64,000 nt of DNA from Pseudovirgaria hyperparasitica (taxonomy: Eukaryota). The translations under genes were made by a program, and so were the position numbers. Each line of letters starts with the position of its first letter. Position 1 is the stretch's first letter. Positions 47,257 to 60,575 of this stretch are shown here, piece after piece. The DNA is taken from the NCBI GenBank assembly GCA_010093815.1, contig ML996567.1; one strand, 5' to 3'. The notes beneath the pieces were generated by a model, which ran no database searches, was not told the DNA's origin, and saw only the letters and a list, made by a program, of their open reading frames with translations.

Positions 47257-49206
47257 ATGAAGGTTACTACTACCGTCTTGCTTGGTGCGTTGGCCGCTCA
47301 GCAAGCCGTTGCCACTTGGGACCTGCATGCTCCTGCCTTCAGCTGCCCTTCAAAGATCCCTCATACCTGTGACGACAAGGAGAAGAGTGGCTTCAAGTGG
47401 GATGGTCTCAAGGTTGGTGCCGACGTCGGCAACTACAATGGCTACCAGTTTCCCGGCTTCAAGTGCTCCAGTAAGCTCGGAAAGCGTGATAACTTGGGCA
47501 AGCGTACGTTCCAGGACAAGTGCATTACCGGAAAGGTGACCAAGGACAAGTCCGCCGGCCCAAAGATCACTTGCCCGTCCAAGGAGTTCTCTATCAAGGA
47601 GTTTCAAGTCTCTGTTGATCATGATGTTGACGTTGAGTTCCACTATGGCATGCCCGATGGCTCCATCTGCAAGCAGCATGTCCCTTGCAAGGCTGGCGGT
47701 TCTACTGTCACCAACACCCAGTGTGGTGGTGCAAAAGAGGTCACCTTCCAGATCCCACAGAAAGGCAAGCACGATTCTTGCGAGATCGGCTTCCACGGTA
47801 TTGACTTTTACTGCGAAAAACCCTCTCCTCCCCCGCAATGCGACGGCTCCAGCAACGATTGCTCGACGCCCACTCCTCCAGAGCAGCCTCCAGTACCTCA
47901 GCCGACACCGACTGGCGCAGTTACAACTCCGACTGGCGAGCTCCCGAAGCCAACTGGTGAGCTCCCGAACCCGACCGGTGAGCTCCCGAACCCAACTGGT
48001 GAACTCCCGAATCCGACCGGTGAGCTCCCGAAGCCAACTGATGAGCTCCCGAACCCGACCGGTGAGCTCCCGAAGCCAACTGGTGAACTCCCGAACCCGA
48101 CCGGTGAGATCCCGACTCCAACAGGTCAGACTCCAACTGGCCAAGTTCCCAGTTCTATGGGCGATACTTCTAGCCCAGCAGACGAGACTCCCATCCAGAC
48201 TGGCAATCCCCCGGCCCCTTACCCTCCAGCAGGCCCATCTGAGAATCCTCCAGAAGGTCCATCTGACACTCCTTGCAAAGACGACACCTGTGGTTCTTCT
48301 CCACCAGCTGTTTCAATGCCTCCGACGACCAACACTTCCTCTCCAGTCTTTCCGTCTGCTTACCCTCCTGTCGGATCGGACGTCGTTGTCTCGCCCAGCA
48401 GCATCAGCACTCCTAGCACTCCTAGCACTCCACTTCCGACTGCCGACTGCCCCAGCGAACTCCAAAGATGTATCAATACCTTTGCCAAGTTCAAGTGCAC
48501 AGACAACACTGACTCCAAATGCTACTGCAAGGATCAAGGGCTCGTCAAGGAGATCATTGATTGCGTCGACGCCTGGACCCACGACCAGGACCTCATCTCT
48601 AAAGCCCTAAGTTTCTTCGTCGGTATCTGCGCTCCCTACGTCCCCAAGAACCCAGCCATCGTCACCGACTGCCCAACATCAATCACTCTCGGCCCAGGCT
48701 CTGGCCCAGCTCCTACTCCAGCTCCAGACGCACCCGCCTCCGACGTCCAGTACCCCGGCGCAGTCACCGAAGCTCCTCAGACCCCCGCCGTCCCCGCCGT
48801 TACAACCCCCGTCACAACCCTGACGGTTATCCAGACAAACACCCCAACCTACGACAACGAGCACCCGGAGAGCAGCGTCCTGAACACAACCACAATCACC
48901 ATGACTGTCCCTCAGGTGCACTTCGTCACCGCGCCAGCTCCCGATCAGACCGGTTCACCAATTGTCGGCCTCATACCTGGTGCTCCTGCACCCGTATCTG
49001 CGAATCCCACGGAAGCGTATCCCACGGGTGCGTATCCCACGGGTGCGTATTCAACGGGACCACACACAACTGGCTTCGGGACCTCCGTTGTTGTGCCCAC
49101 GCCGACGGGTACACTACCTCCTACTTTCACCGGCGCGGCTGTCAAGATGGGTACAAATGTTTACGGTCTCTTTGCAGGGGCTGTTCTCGCCGCTCTAGCC
49201 TTGTAA
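47257..49206 (+). CDS. Mad1-like GPI-anchored adhesin with Cys-rich N-domain, Pro/Thr repeats and CFEM domain
   Basis: Signal peptide; GFKW..GYQFPGFKC..GKR..KCITG..VEFHYGMPDGSICK..NTQCGGA N-domain; CFEM (CPSELQRCINTF..CTDNTDSKCYC..C..C); GPI-like tail FTGAA..VLAALAL. Confidence 0.88.
   Translation: MKVTTTVLLGALAAQQAVATWDLHAPAFSCPSKIPHTCDDKEKSGFKWDGLKVGADVGNYNGYQFPGFKCSSKLGKRDNLGKRTFQDKCITGKVTKDKSAGPKITCPSKEFSIKEFQVSVDHDVDVEFHYGMPDGSICKQHVPCKAGGSTVTNTQCGGAKEVTFQIPQKGKHDSCEIGFHGIDFYCEKPSPPPQCDGSSNDCSTPTPPEQPPVPQPTPTGAVTTPTGELPKPTGELPNPTGELPNPTGELPNPTGELPKPTDELPNPTGELPKPTGELPNPTGEIPTPTGQTPTGQVPSSMGDTSSPADETPIQTGNPPAPYPPAGPSENPPEGPSDTPCKDDTCGSSPPAVSMPPTTNTSSPVFPSAYPPVGSDVVVSPSSISTPSTPSTPLPTADCPSELQRCINTFAKFKCTDNTDSKCYCKDQGLVKEIIDCVDAWTHDQDLISKALSFFVGICAPYVPKNPAIVTDCPTSITLGPGSGPAPTPAPDAPASDVQYPGAVTEAPQTPAVPAVTTPVTTLTVIQTNTPTYDNEHPESSVLNTTTITMTVPQVHFVTAPAPDQTGSPIVGLIPGAPAPVSANPTEAYPTGAYPTGAYSTGPHTTGFGTSVVVPTPTGTLPPTFTGAAVKMGTNVYGLFAGAVLAALAL
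47929..48117 (+). repeat. Coding minisatellite: 9 x 21 bp encoding PTGELP[K/N]
   Basis: Units such as CCGACCGGTGAGCTCCCGAAG and CCAACTGGTGAACTCCCGAAC read directly. Confidence 0.97.
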
Positions 49207-50125
49207 ACTCCCCAGTAACTACACTGATCGCGAAGGTACATATCCGCGTCAAGGACATTCCGCCTGTGGAATGGGCAACATAAAAGCCGCCAAAACCCGG
49301 CATTGTTGATGTTTCATATAATCGCTCGACTCCGAGTCAGACATCTGTTGGTGTGAGCATTTGTCTTCACGTCACTCCTTTAGAACGTGCATAGATACCC
49401 GTTCATGCCCTTTTTTTGCGTAATGCCGATAAAATGAAGTTGAAGAGAGTTTAGACCAATCTGGATAGTTTGTATCAGTGTATTGTGATCTTGTTTGTCC
49501 TTGGAGTGTCATGATTGCGGACGGCCCATGAGATTCCCGGATGATGGACTGGGAGAATTATGGTCTCTGGGAAAGCAGCGCAAAGGACACGGTCATGTTC
49601 TTTATTCCACTCTACAAGTCACCTGATGAAACGCGCAAAACGACATCTTCTTGTTGGTTCTATTGCAGAGTGCTCATGGTTCCGATGGGGCAGAGAGATA
49701 AAGTATGTATGTAGCTTAGACGCAGAGTGCTTATATACCAGCGCAGTTTCGATTTTCTTTCTCTTTCGGAAACGGCCTTGTGGGGTTCTTGATAGCCAGC
49801 CGGAGAGTGACCTTCAGATTGGTGCAACTTGGAACATTGCCAAGTGGCATGCGGTGTGTGATTCATGATTCTTTTGAGCCTGCAATGCGATAATTTTTTA
49901 TATTTTTGAGAGACCAATACAAGTTATCCTGAGTTATAATTAGTAATACACTCACTACCATGGACGTGCGCAGTAGTCTTGTTTAGATCCAGGGACTGTC
50001 AAACGTCAGTGCTTCAAGAAGCTATCAACCTTACCAAGTCGACGTCATTTGCAACAAACGTGCAAGTCTCTTTGCACGCGACGCGAACCTGCTAAACAAA
50101 TGCGAACCCAACACAGATAGCTGCC

Positions 50126-52209
50126 ATGTCGTTCGTGGTCGAGTAAGTCGCTGTCTGTGTACCTAAATACGCGCTATGCACTACTGACCATCCTCATAGC
50201 CAGGTGCGCCGCATCGACAGCCAGCTGGATCGCCTGCAATTGTCCACCGAATCCTCCGATGCTGAGCCCTCAATACAGCTCTTCACAATATCGGATCAAG
50301 AAGCGAACGACCCCGTCATAGCCGCTCGCGTGGTGAAGCTTCAGAGTCTCATCAAGAGTCTCTCGTCTACCACGACTGCGAAATACCCGTTAGTCCCAAC
50401 AGAACGCATCGTTTCCGCCCTACGTCAGGCAGAACTATCCCCCAGGAGCTACGCGAGCATAGCTTCAGAAGAGGAGGCCACGTCGGGATACGAGCATGAG
50501 CTGGAGTGGCTACTGCTGAGCAAAGCTACGGTGCAAGCTTACGGCCAGGTGCTCGACACGATACTAGCGCAGACGATTCTTCTTTCTGATGATATATGGT
50601 ACTGGGATGATGTGCTCGGCTCATACCGCTATGCTGGCCTATACTCGATACAGACATCGCCTATACGATTGTGGAATTGGGGCAAGGAAATTTATGCCGG
50701 CGTTAGAGCAAGAGACGTTGGACTGGAGCAAGGATGGCAGCGGTTCTATGGTCTTGTGAGAGATGTCGTTAGAGAGAGAAACATTGCTGGTATACAGAGG
50801 AGGGTGGTGAGTCCGATTGCGCTTGTTAGCAATGAGGCGCGGAAGAAAAGAAGTATGCTGAAGAAAATGAGGCTTGTGAATGCGAATGCGCTAGGTGTCT
50901 TGCTTGGAGAGAGTCTGAGTAACGAGAGCATACATGACGAGGGTCTCAGCAGCCCCATCGGCGGTGTTTCGATACAAGACAACCGCCACAGATGGAAGAG
51001 TGTCGTCACCAAGAGTATTGCCCTTATGGAAGCCGTGCTCACCACAGTTGGCGATGTGGAATCTACAGACAAGTTCGATGAGCTTGTTGCAGCTACCACC
51101 CAGGATGACCCTTACTATGAGATTCACGAAGCGGCGTCTGAGGCTGGTTCGCTATCACTAAAGACGTCCGAGGTGGGTGATCGACTCTATGGACTATTGA
51201 CACAGAAAATGCCGCAATATACAGACAGCTTCAAGTCACTCGCTCGGACAAATGGCAGACCACCTATGCTCATACGGTATTGGCTACCTATGACCATAGG
51301 ACTACTATCATCTTCGACTCTGCTGCGCATCTTTGTGAACCGCAGAGAAGAGATAATGTCATGGGTGCGTGAGTTCGGCCAAACAGTAATAGACTTTGGC
51401 GTCAACTGGGTCATTGAGCCTACGAAAAAAATCATTGGCACGATCCGTCACGATGAGGACAGTGAAATATCGATTATGAGCAAGCGAAGCTTACAGGGCG
51501 ATCGCGAGAGCCTCGAGCGCATGGTCGTTGACTTTGCGGTCGATCATCCAGAAGGACCAGCTTTGAACGAGACTCAGATCTCAGACATCCGAGCACGGGT
51601 CAAGGAGGGAGACTTGACTACTGTACTGAAAGCTTATGAAAAGGACATGCAAAGACCGTTCATAGGGACCGTGAAGGGAAACCTTATCAGAGCACTATTG
51701 ATACAGGTACAGAAGACTAAGGTCGATGTTGAGATTGCGATGAGTGGTATCGACTCAATGTTGAAAAGCCAGGAGCTTCTGTTTGGGGTTATAGGTCTCA
51801 CGCCTGGTATACTCATCACAATTGCGGCTTGGCGATATCTGAGAAGCTTGTCGACCAGTAGACAGGGCATCCGACGGGGAACAAAGCAAGGTGAACTGAT
51901 GAGGATACTCCGGTAAGTCTACCTCGTCAGCGTTACGGGGTCTCAGTCTCGTTGACCATGTGTAGGAATATCGATCGCATCCTAGTCAGTGCCACACCAA
52001 CAGATTTCGGAGAACTTTCATACAAGGATCACGGTCTCCTTCTCTGCGAAGTTCACCTCCTACGCCAAACAGCATATCCAATCCTGCCTCGGAGAGAATT
52101 CCAAGACTTCCGCGAGGAGACAGACGAGCTAGTTGATATCCGTGCTGGACTGACTAGACAGCTCAAGGTTGCAGAACGGATTCGCTGGGCATACTCCAAG
52201 TACTTTTGA
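50126..52209 (+). CDS. NCA2: Nuclear control of ATPase protein 2 (Nca2); 3 exons
   Basis: IRYWLP..NWVIEP..TIRHD..DRESLERMVVDF..EGDLTTVLKAYEKD..RALLIQVQKTKVDVEIAMSGIDSMLKSQELLFG; short first exon MSFVV. Confidence 0.93.
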
Positions 52210-52855
52210 CAATTGCATCGGTGGTTTTAGCGGCGACCCGGCCATTCGTCGCGCAGTCAACACATACGCACCTCGGAGAATATCAGGGGTAATACGTTGC
52301 GCGGTAGATAGATAAAAGCTTTTGTCGCATACGTTCATACAGAATAACGCCAGATTCATGCCATTCATCTCTGAAGTGTAGACCCAAATAAGGCGCGATT
52401 TCGAATGACAAGCTACATGTATATGGTTATCGAAGACTTCTTATGTTTGAAAACCTGAGGCAGAAATAGAAATTTGAACGTGCGTGTCCAATGTCGGCAG
52501 GTGACGAGTGCCGCTCCGCACAGGCTGCTCACTGTGGTCCTTTCTTGGCATTCGATGGATTCATGGCCCAAACCTTACGTCCCCAAAGCCCACGCTCCTC
52601 CGAACGACTGTCAACATCATCGACGCCTGCGCTTCTGTCCTACAAACCTGGACTTGGCTTACCACGGTATCACGACGCAAGACTTTGTCGACACCCTCAA
52701 GACATATTCCCAACAAACCGATATCCGAACCATACGTTTGGACGTCTCTAAGTTTCCCTCCATCTGCCTAGAACAAACTGCCCACGCCTGCGATATAGCG
52801 AACTTGGATCGAAATCACTACCCTTCTACACCGTACATACTTCCAGATCTCTAAC

Positions 52856-53681
<826 letters not shown>

Positions 53682-54475
53682 TTGCAGAGACGGCGAGCAG
53701 ATGGGGAGCATGAGGACACGAACATGGGTATCGACCGCACGAGACGTCACCGCACACGCTCCAATATTCACGTAGAATTAGCGTGCTCGATACTACGATA
53801 TAACATGATGATGTTGGAAGGATGGGCCTGTAATAGGACGACGGAGAGATTAGCATCTACTCTGGGCGCTTTGGCTGGTCGGCTTGCTTGGTTTGGCTGC
53901 AGAACATCAGTGGTAGCGGCATCTCCTTAGAAGTTTGTTTTGGCCCGGTATCTGGCATTTTAATTCCCTGTTCATAGGTCTGGGAGTTGAATCGTGTTGC
54001 TTTACTTATCCTACCCCTTTTTATGTATAGGGTTGGGGAGACTGAAATCGTTTTTAGATGAACTGTTTTATATGATCTCGCGACTAGAACTGAATATGTA
54101 AGCGATATCGTAACGAGCTTTGCAGGAGTGCAGACATCCATTGACGCGACTGTATGCCGGCCTCATGAATGGAGTTTCCAAGTATAAATATCGCTTGCCT
54201 ATAAGCTCTTGTAAAGATGGGAACTGACCCGGCGCGCTAACTCTGATAGGAAGTGGCGTGTGTGGGTGGGTGTGTTCTCTGGCAGGTTCTTTCTTGATGC
54301 CTTTCATTCATGTCTCGTCATCTCCCTACCTTCATCCTCTATACTACAAGTATGCAGCGACCTGGTGAGACGTTGACTTCTGTGGCATGAGCAGTGTTCG
54401 CTCTCCTGATCTGCTAATCTTCGCGTATTGAGCGACGCTCATCAACCACGTTGCCTTCATTTCTACAAAGTGATC

Positions 54476-56179
54476 ATGAATAAGACAGCATTATCCAAAT
54501 GTACTCCAACAGCTTCTGGAGGACGGCAGAAAGTAGTTGATCTGCATAGCTTCGTGGATGGCTTGACTTCATACCAGATTCGAGACCTCGTTGACATTTT
54601 GAAGTGCGATAGATTTCGGTTTCACCGCGACATTATCGGTGACCTTCCGGTAGAGCTTGTGATTATGATCTTTTCTTACTTGGATCCAATCGCGCCTTTC
54701 CTGTATCAACGCGTGAGTTCTACCAAAGTTCTCTGCTCATACGTTGCTGACCTTTCTTACAGGTGTCCAAACGATGGTATTGTGTGCTCTCGTCTGCGCA
54801 GGTTCTGGATGCATCTCTGTCACTATGGTATTCACCAGACGATCCTCCGCTTTTTGGTGAGACTATGGGTCTCCATGAAACTAAAAAGATGGAGCTGTAT
54901 GCCAGACTTGAGCATATTCAACGCTTTCGAACTGGCTGGCATGCTTCATCGATGATTATAGACACCGTGATGCTCAATAAAGGGCAGAACAAAGAGCTAT
55001 TGGCTCTTAATAGCAGGTTTTTGGCCTGGGTTGACGGCAACCACGATGTAATAATTCTCAACCTTTATACCAGGGAGCGCTACAATCATGCGACCCCTGG
55101 ACGAACGCAGTCCCGCCTAACAATGTCTGAAGACTTATTGCTCATGTTACAACATGGTAGAACTCACTATGTCCTCGATCTTAATACCAGGGGAGTCTAC
55201 CACTTAACGCTTCCTTCCAATAATATATCTGCTTTGAGTCTATCTGGACGAACAATTGCTTTCATGATGCACCCTGCCTATAGAGGGGGAGCGAGGACCA
55301 TCATAATTTGGGAATCCAGCAATCAAAAACTGTCATCATTAACTCTTCTAAACGATCGTCCAACTACTTGTTCGTCGATTACTGATCCCATGGAGTAAGT
55401 TATTCTCTGACTAGTTAAAGATCATAGCGAGCTAAAACTACCGTAGATGTATCATGTCGCCTGCTGCGATTCATTTCATTGGCAAGACTCGAACTATACT
55501 AACAGCGTGGAAAGGTCATGATAGAAACACTGTAGTTTTGGGTGTGAAAAGATACACAATAGAAGGAGTTTTACTCGAGGAGGAAGATATCGAATACCTG
55601 AGTCTTGACGACCTGAAGTCAGGGCCCATCGAATGGCCTAAGGTCATGTCCGAACTGGAAATTGACATAACATGCATGTCTTCGTTCGCTGGCAGAGTCA
55701 ATGTGAAAGTCGACTGGAAGTTTCACGATCCGTACGTTACCCGGGATTCGCCAGACTGGATCCAAATAGGACAGACGTGTACATACGAGTACGCCAACAA
55801 ACATTTAACAACGCTGTCAAGGGGCTTCACGCTGCCTTCAAGTGGTCAAATCATAATGAGTCTCGGATGCAAGGGTTTCGACTTGTTTAGGACCAGCTCA
55901 GGGATAATATACTTGACGGGCAGTATAAATGGCAAAGTTAGACGCATGTGGCGAGATAGCAGTCATATTTCTACGAACATGAACGACCTGCACACTTTCA
56001 AAGACGTCAACGCGCTCCGTCCACATGAGTGGTACAGTCGCGACGAAGATCTTTGCCGTGGAACATTTCTCTGGAATGACCGCTTTCTTGTTCATGCAGA
56101 CACTAGTATCTTTGTCTGGGCCTTCGATCCTCACTGTATGCTTGTGAGCGATGAGGAGGAGGAGCATACAGCGGGTTGA
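54476..56179 (+). CDS. F-box protein with divergent beta-rich C-terminus; 3 exons
   Basis: DIIGDLPVELVIMIFSYLD..QR|VSKRW F-box; three ORFs linked by short GT-AG introns. Confidence 0.85.
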
Positions 56180-56731
56180 GTCAATCGAAGCTATTCATGC
56201 TCGAGCAGCCTGCTCGTGCTCCTATGACCGATCCCCTGTGAAACTTGGAGTGCATGTGTAAAACGAACACATAGGCTTAGCTTGGATATCTGCGATAGAA
56301 GGTCGCAATTGAAAGCCTCGAAACTCCAGATATAGGATATTCCGGCGTGATTAGGAGATCAGATCATTACAGGCAGGGCTGCAAGGAAGACCTCTGATTG
56401 GCCGTCACAACACAAATCGCAGTTCAATTCGCACGAATTATCAAATGTGTGTTCGTTTATAAGACTATCCAGTATGACAGAAAGCTTCTATGTCCTTTGA
56501 ATTGCCAAGGATGGTACACCGAGCCCGCCTGGAGCTCGGATCAGTCGAAAGGAGTACAATAACTGAGATATGCAAAGCGCATGTAAGATTCATTGAATGC
56601 TATATAGATACCCGGTGCGCCATTTGAACATCAGATCGGATTCAAACTTCATCGGGCAAGGCAGGGGAGAAATTGACGACAACTTTCGCCCAAATCCAGA
56701 CTAGAACCGCATGTAAGGCACATATCCCAAC

Positions 56732-58112
56732 TCAAGTATCAAATCCCCACCCAATCTGATCACCGGACGACCCACCCGCAAACCGCATCAGGTTATTGAC
56801 CTGATTCACCGCGTTGAAACCACCCCTCACGGCACCGACTGCCGCACCCACCGCTGCCTGCGCGCGAAACTGCGGCCCCAGGGGCTGATGCGTCTCCGGC
56901 CTCGCCAGCACTTGCGTGAGCAGATCATCACCCGCCATGCCTTCGTACCGATCCATACACAACTGCCGCACCGCAAGCCCGAACTTGTCCACCCACTGCT
57001 CCTCGCTGACCGTCGTGTACCGCTTGCGGCCCTGGGCGTCGAGCTGGGAGAACGGCCACTCGGCGCGGACGACGTGGTACCGCTTGGTGGTGAAGTACAG
57101 GATCGGCCACGAGAAGAGCCAGAGGAAGGAGAGGTAGAAGAGCCAGCAGATCCAGGTGGTGAGGCGCCAGGTGTTGAGCTTGGAGGATGTGTAGATGTCG
57201 ACGGCGCGGTCGGAGACGGGGAATTCGATGCTGATGTGGCCTTTGTAGTTTGTGCTGCGGATGAGGCCCTCGATGCGCGTGCGCAGGTGGGTTTCGTCGA
57301 GGCCGGTGATGGTTCGGGTGAGGCGGAAGCTGTGTTTTATTGTCAGTGGTGTTGATGGTTGTGGTAAATTCTGGAGGGGTAGGGGGAGCCCCTGTCAGAA
57401 CGGATGGAGCTTACATTCGTGTTCCGGCCGGACTTGCGCAGTACCGGTGGCACCACTCCTTTAATGTTGCTTTCTCCTCGCCGACTTCAATGTCGCCTTT
57501 TGCGCCTGGTGCGCGTGCTTTGAATACACCTCCACGCCACGTCTTCTCGCCATTGTCCACCGTACGCAGATCCATATCATTTGGACTGTAGCTCTTGAAG
57601 CCCGGCCATAAGTAATTCCGCATACTGACCAGGATCCGAAAGTCCGTCACATTCTCCGTAGTCTTCTTGCCATCGCTACCACGCCGCGTCTCCTTGTGGT
57701 TGCCGATGATGTGAATGTACGGCGCCGGAGCCTCGCGAGCCATTGCCTCGATCCACCGCTGAAGAAATGCGGGATCTGTGTCAGCACGGGCATCTTGGAG
57801 AGAGGCAACTTCGTTTGCGATACGAGTGCGTTTGGCAAAGATCCTCTTCGACTGGTATGTGATATGGCATTCAGGGGCTGATGTGCCGAGCGAGCGGAAG
57901 GCGTAGGCGGGGTCGTTGGGGTCGGCGTCGGTCTGAGCATTGGAAGTAGGTGTATAGACTGGTGGTGCGGAGTTGGGCATGGAGGGAAAGGAGGAGGAAG
58001 CATTGTCGCCGCCGTCGCCGCCGTCGTTGTCGTCGTAGCTATCGCCTGGGGTGGTGTGCAACGATACTGCATCGGGATCGTCGCGGTAGCTGGTACCTTT
58101 GGGAGCACCCAT
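56732..58112 (-). CDS. Conserved fungal membrane protein of unknown function; 2 exons
   Basis: MGAPKGTSYRDDPDAVSLHTT..APPVY..VTDF..LKEWCHRYC|FRLTR..IRSTNYKGHISIEF, hydrophobic WICWLFYLSFLWLFSWPILYF; strong GC3 bias in exon 2. Confidence 0.85.
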
Positions 58113-58852
58113 TGCGGCGGATTAGCGAGATCAAGTTTGCGCGATCGCCTTCAAGAGTCTAATTCATAACCCTGTGCTTTCTGCGTAAAGCGGTTATGAG
58201 AAGCCGGCAGAGAGGAGAGGGGTATATGGCGGTTGAGGAGATGCGAGGGCTCAGCCGCTTTTTGTTTTTTTGGGGACTGGGACTCTGGAACGACTGGTGT
58301 CGTGGAAGCGTCCAAGCGCGCGCGGAAATCGCGAGCCATCGTAGGCAACAATGCAGGGAGCGGGATCCTTCAACAACAGAATAGACGGACTGTTGGCGCT
58401 CTAGATTGGTATTATCGACGGTAGAGTAAGCCCTATCCTTAGCGAAGTTTTGGGAGGGGGCCAACATGCGGTAGATTTTGATATACTGTAGTAGTTAGCC
58501 TCGCAATGGCGCGAAGCGTGGCAGCCCAAACGGGTTAATCGCGTTTGTGGGGCCCCTCTTTCGGAACCAAGGTTCCATGGCATCACAACATCTATCGTGC
58601 ACTCCGGCATTCATTCTTTCTAAAGAAAAAACATTTGTCACGTACGCTTCCTCAATAGTCTCTCGCGCTTTACATGCGATTAATACTCTTCGAACACCAT
58701 CCAAGATATGTTCCTAGGTCTTCGCAACAGAATATGCTCCCTATGGAGAGACACAGTGTATACAAGTAGCCTGGTATAAGCATTGTAACAAGCATCGTTC
58801 TAGGACTTTATTAACGCTGCCCTTCATCCAGTTCGCTTTCTTAGGACCAATC

Positions 58853-59677
58853 ATGCGTTACTTCCAAGCCCGCCTCCGTCGCCATCAGCTCCGATGCATA
58901 GAATCTGTTCGAGATCTTTCTCCCCGTTATGAGGCATTCTCGGACGAAGATGACGAATACGGCAATCCAATATTTCTCTATTCGTCATTTGGCTATATCA
59001 GCGATGATTACATAGCATACTTTGGCGAATCCAAGCTCAGGAAGCGCGATCTTAGTAAGAAGGATATTATGGAAAGTCTGCAACTCCTTCCAGATGAAGA
59101 TGTGTACCCTTTAGCGCCTCCAAATGTCACAGTTTTCGCCACTCCAGTAAACAGTAACGTATACGTAAAAGGACCAAAGCTGCACACAGACTTCATCGGT
59201 ACAGGAATGCTACCAAAACTTCTTCTACAGGAAGTCGAGGTAATGGAGCTCCTGCGGTGTAAGCCACATCCTAACATCATACATTACCATGGCTGCATAA
59301 TCAAACGCGGTCGCATCGTGGGCATCGTCCTAGACCGGCATGCAGACACCCTAGGGCGGCGACTGAAGGATGGATTACGACAATTCAACGTCGAAGAGGG
59401 CATGGGCAAGATAAGATCCGCCGTCGGCCATCTCCATTCTCTAGGGCTGGCCCACAATGACCTTACGCCCATGAACATTATGGCGGATAGCTCCGATGAG
59501 CTTTTCATCATCGATTTCGGTTCCTGCCAGCCAGTCGGCTGTGAACTTATCACGGCCGGTACACCAGGATGGATTGATGAAGAATTCACCCATTCGGCAC
59601 AGGTTCACGATGAGATTGCTTTGGGTAAACTCGAGACATGGCTCCAGACAAAGAAAGAAATAGATATACAGAGTTGA
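58853..59677 (+). CDS. Small fungal protein-kinase-like protein, intronless
   Basis: VYVKGP, QEVEVME..HPNIIHYHGC, HLHSLGLAHNDLTPMNIM, IIDFGSC, GTPGW. Confidence 0.9.
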   Translation: MRYFQARLRRHQLRCIESVRDLSPRYEAFSDEDDEYGNPIFLYSSFGYISDDYIAYFGESKLRKRDLSKKDIMESLQLLPDEDVYPLAPPNVTVFATPVNSNVYVKGPKLHTDFIGTGMLPKLLLQEVEVMELLRCKPHPNIIHYHGCIIKRGRIVGIVLDRHADTLGRRLKDGLRQFNVEEGMGKIRSAVGHLHSLGLAHNDLTPMNIMADSSDELFIIDFGSCQPVGCELITAGTPGWIDEEFTHSAQVHDEIALGKLETWLQTKKEIDIQS

Positions 59678-60575
59678 TTTCAATGTAGAGATCGATTTAG
59701 TTCCGCCTAGGACATTTCTAAAGTATGCGAAACGTGCCCATGTTCGCAGGTAAGACGACGTATTTGGTGAGTTATTCGGTCCAATGTATCGAATCGAGGT
59801 TCTGCAAGTTGATATCTTCGCAGTCTAAAGGAAACCTTAGAATCATCATAATGTGGAGCACGGCATAGTAAGCACTGCTTTCCTGCAGCCCGGATCCATG
59901 TCAAATGGACCAGAAAGTGATATCGCATGAAGGATTTCGATGAAACCCATCTTGCGCATGCTTCGCAGTTAAACCCTACAGGAGTGGTTAGGCTAGTAAA
60001 ATCGACTTTTATGGTTTGCTATATACTACAGTACGCAGCATACAGACATCCCGGCACGCTTGGCCCGGCGAAGTCAGAGGAGACGATGAGTTCCTTCAGT
60101 ACATCCTCCTTACTTCATTTACACCTTGTTCATGGAGACCGTTAAGTTGTAAAGTACAGTACGGTTGTACGTGCCGGTGAATCCTACAAGTTCTCGAATA
60201 GAGACTCTGTAGCCTTCTGTTTTGATCACAATGTTCGTTTTTTGCCTGTCCATTCCTAGAACGCCTTGTTGTTGTGTAACAGTCTGTCGATGGAGACCCC
60301 AATGCCGTCAACTTCGAAGCAGTACGTGATCTATTCACAGTCAGTAAAGAGGTATCAAGTTTTAGCACGTATTCACGAGTCTGTTCCGGCGCTGTTCAAA
60401 GGTTATCATCCACTCTCCATGCACGTAATACGTTGATACCGAAGTTGCAAAAGCAATGCATCATGCTGGCACCCATCTTCAGGCCAGATACGGGATATCA
60501 TACAATTTCGCCCAAAGAGACTCGTCAATGCCTGACAGAACATGCCGTATATCTAAGGTCTGATCCTTGCGCAAT

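Noticed and set aside
47350..48610. Long antisense and alternate-frame ORFs; repeat array considered as CRISPR
   Set aside because: Shadows of the adhesin's codon bias and repeats; no spacers, and the context is eukaryotic.
59700..60500. Protein-like fragments between the kinase and the last F-box gene
   Set aside because: Too degraded to assign.
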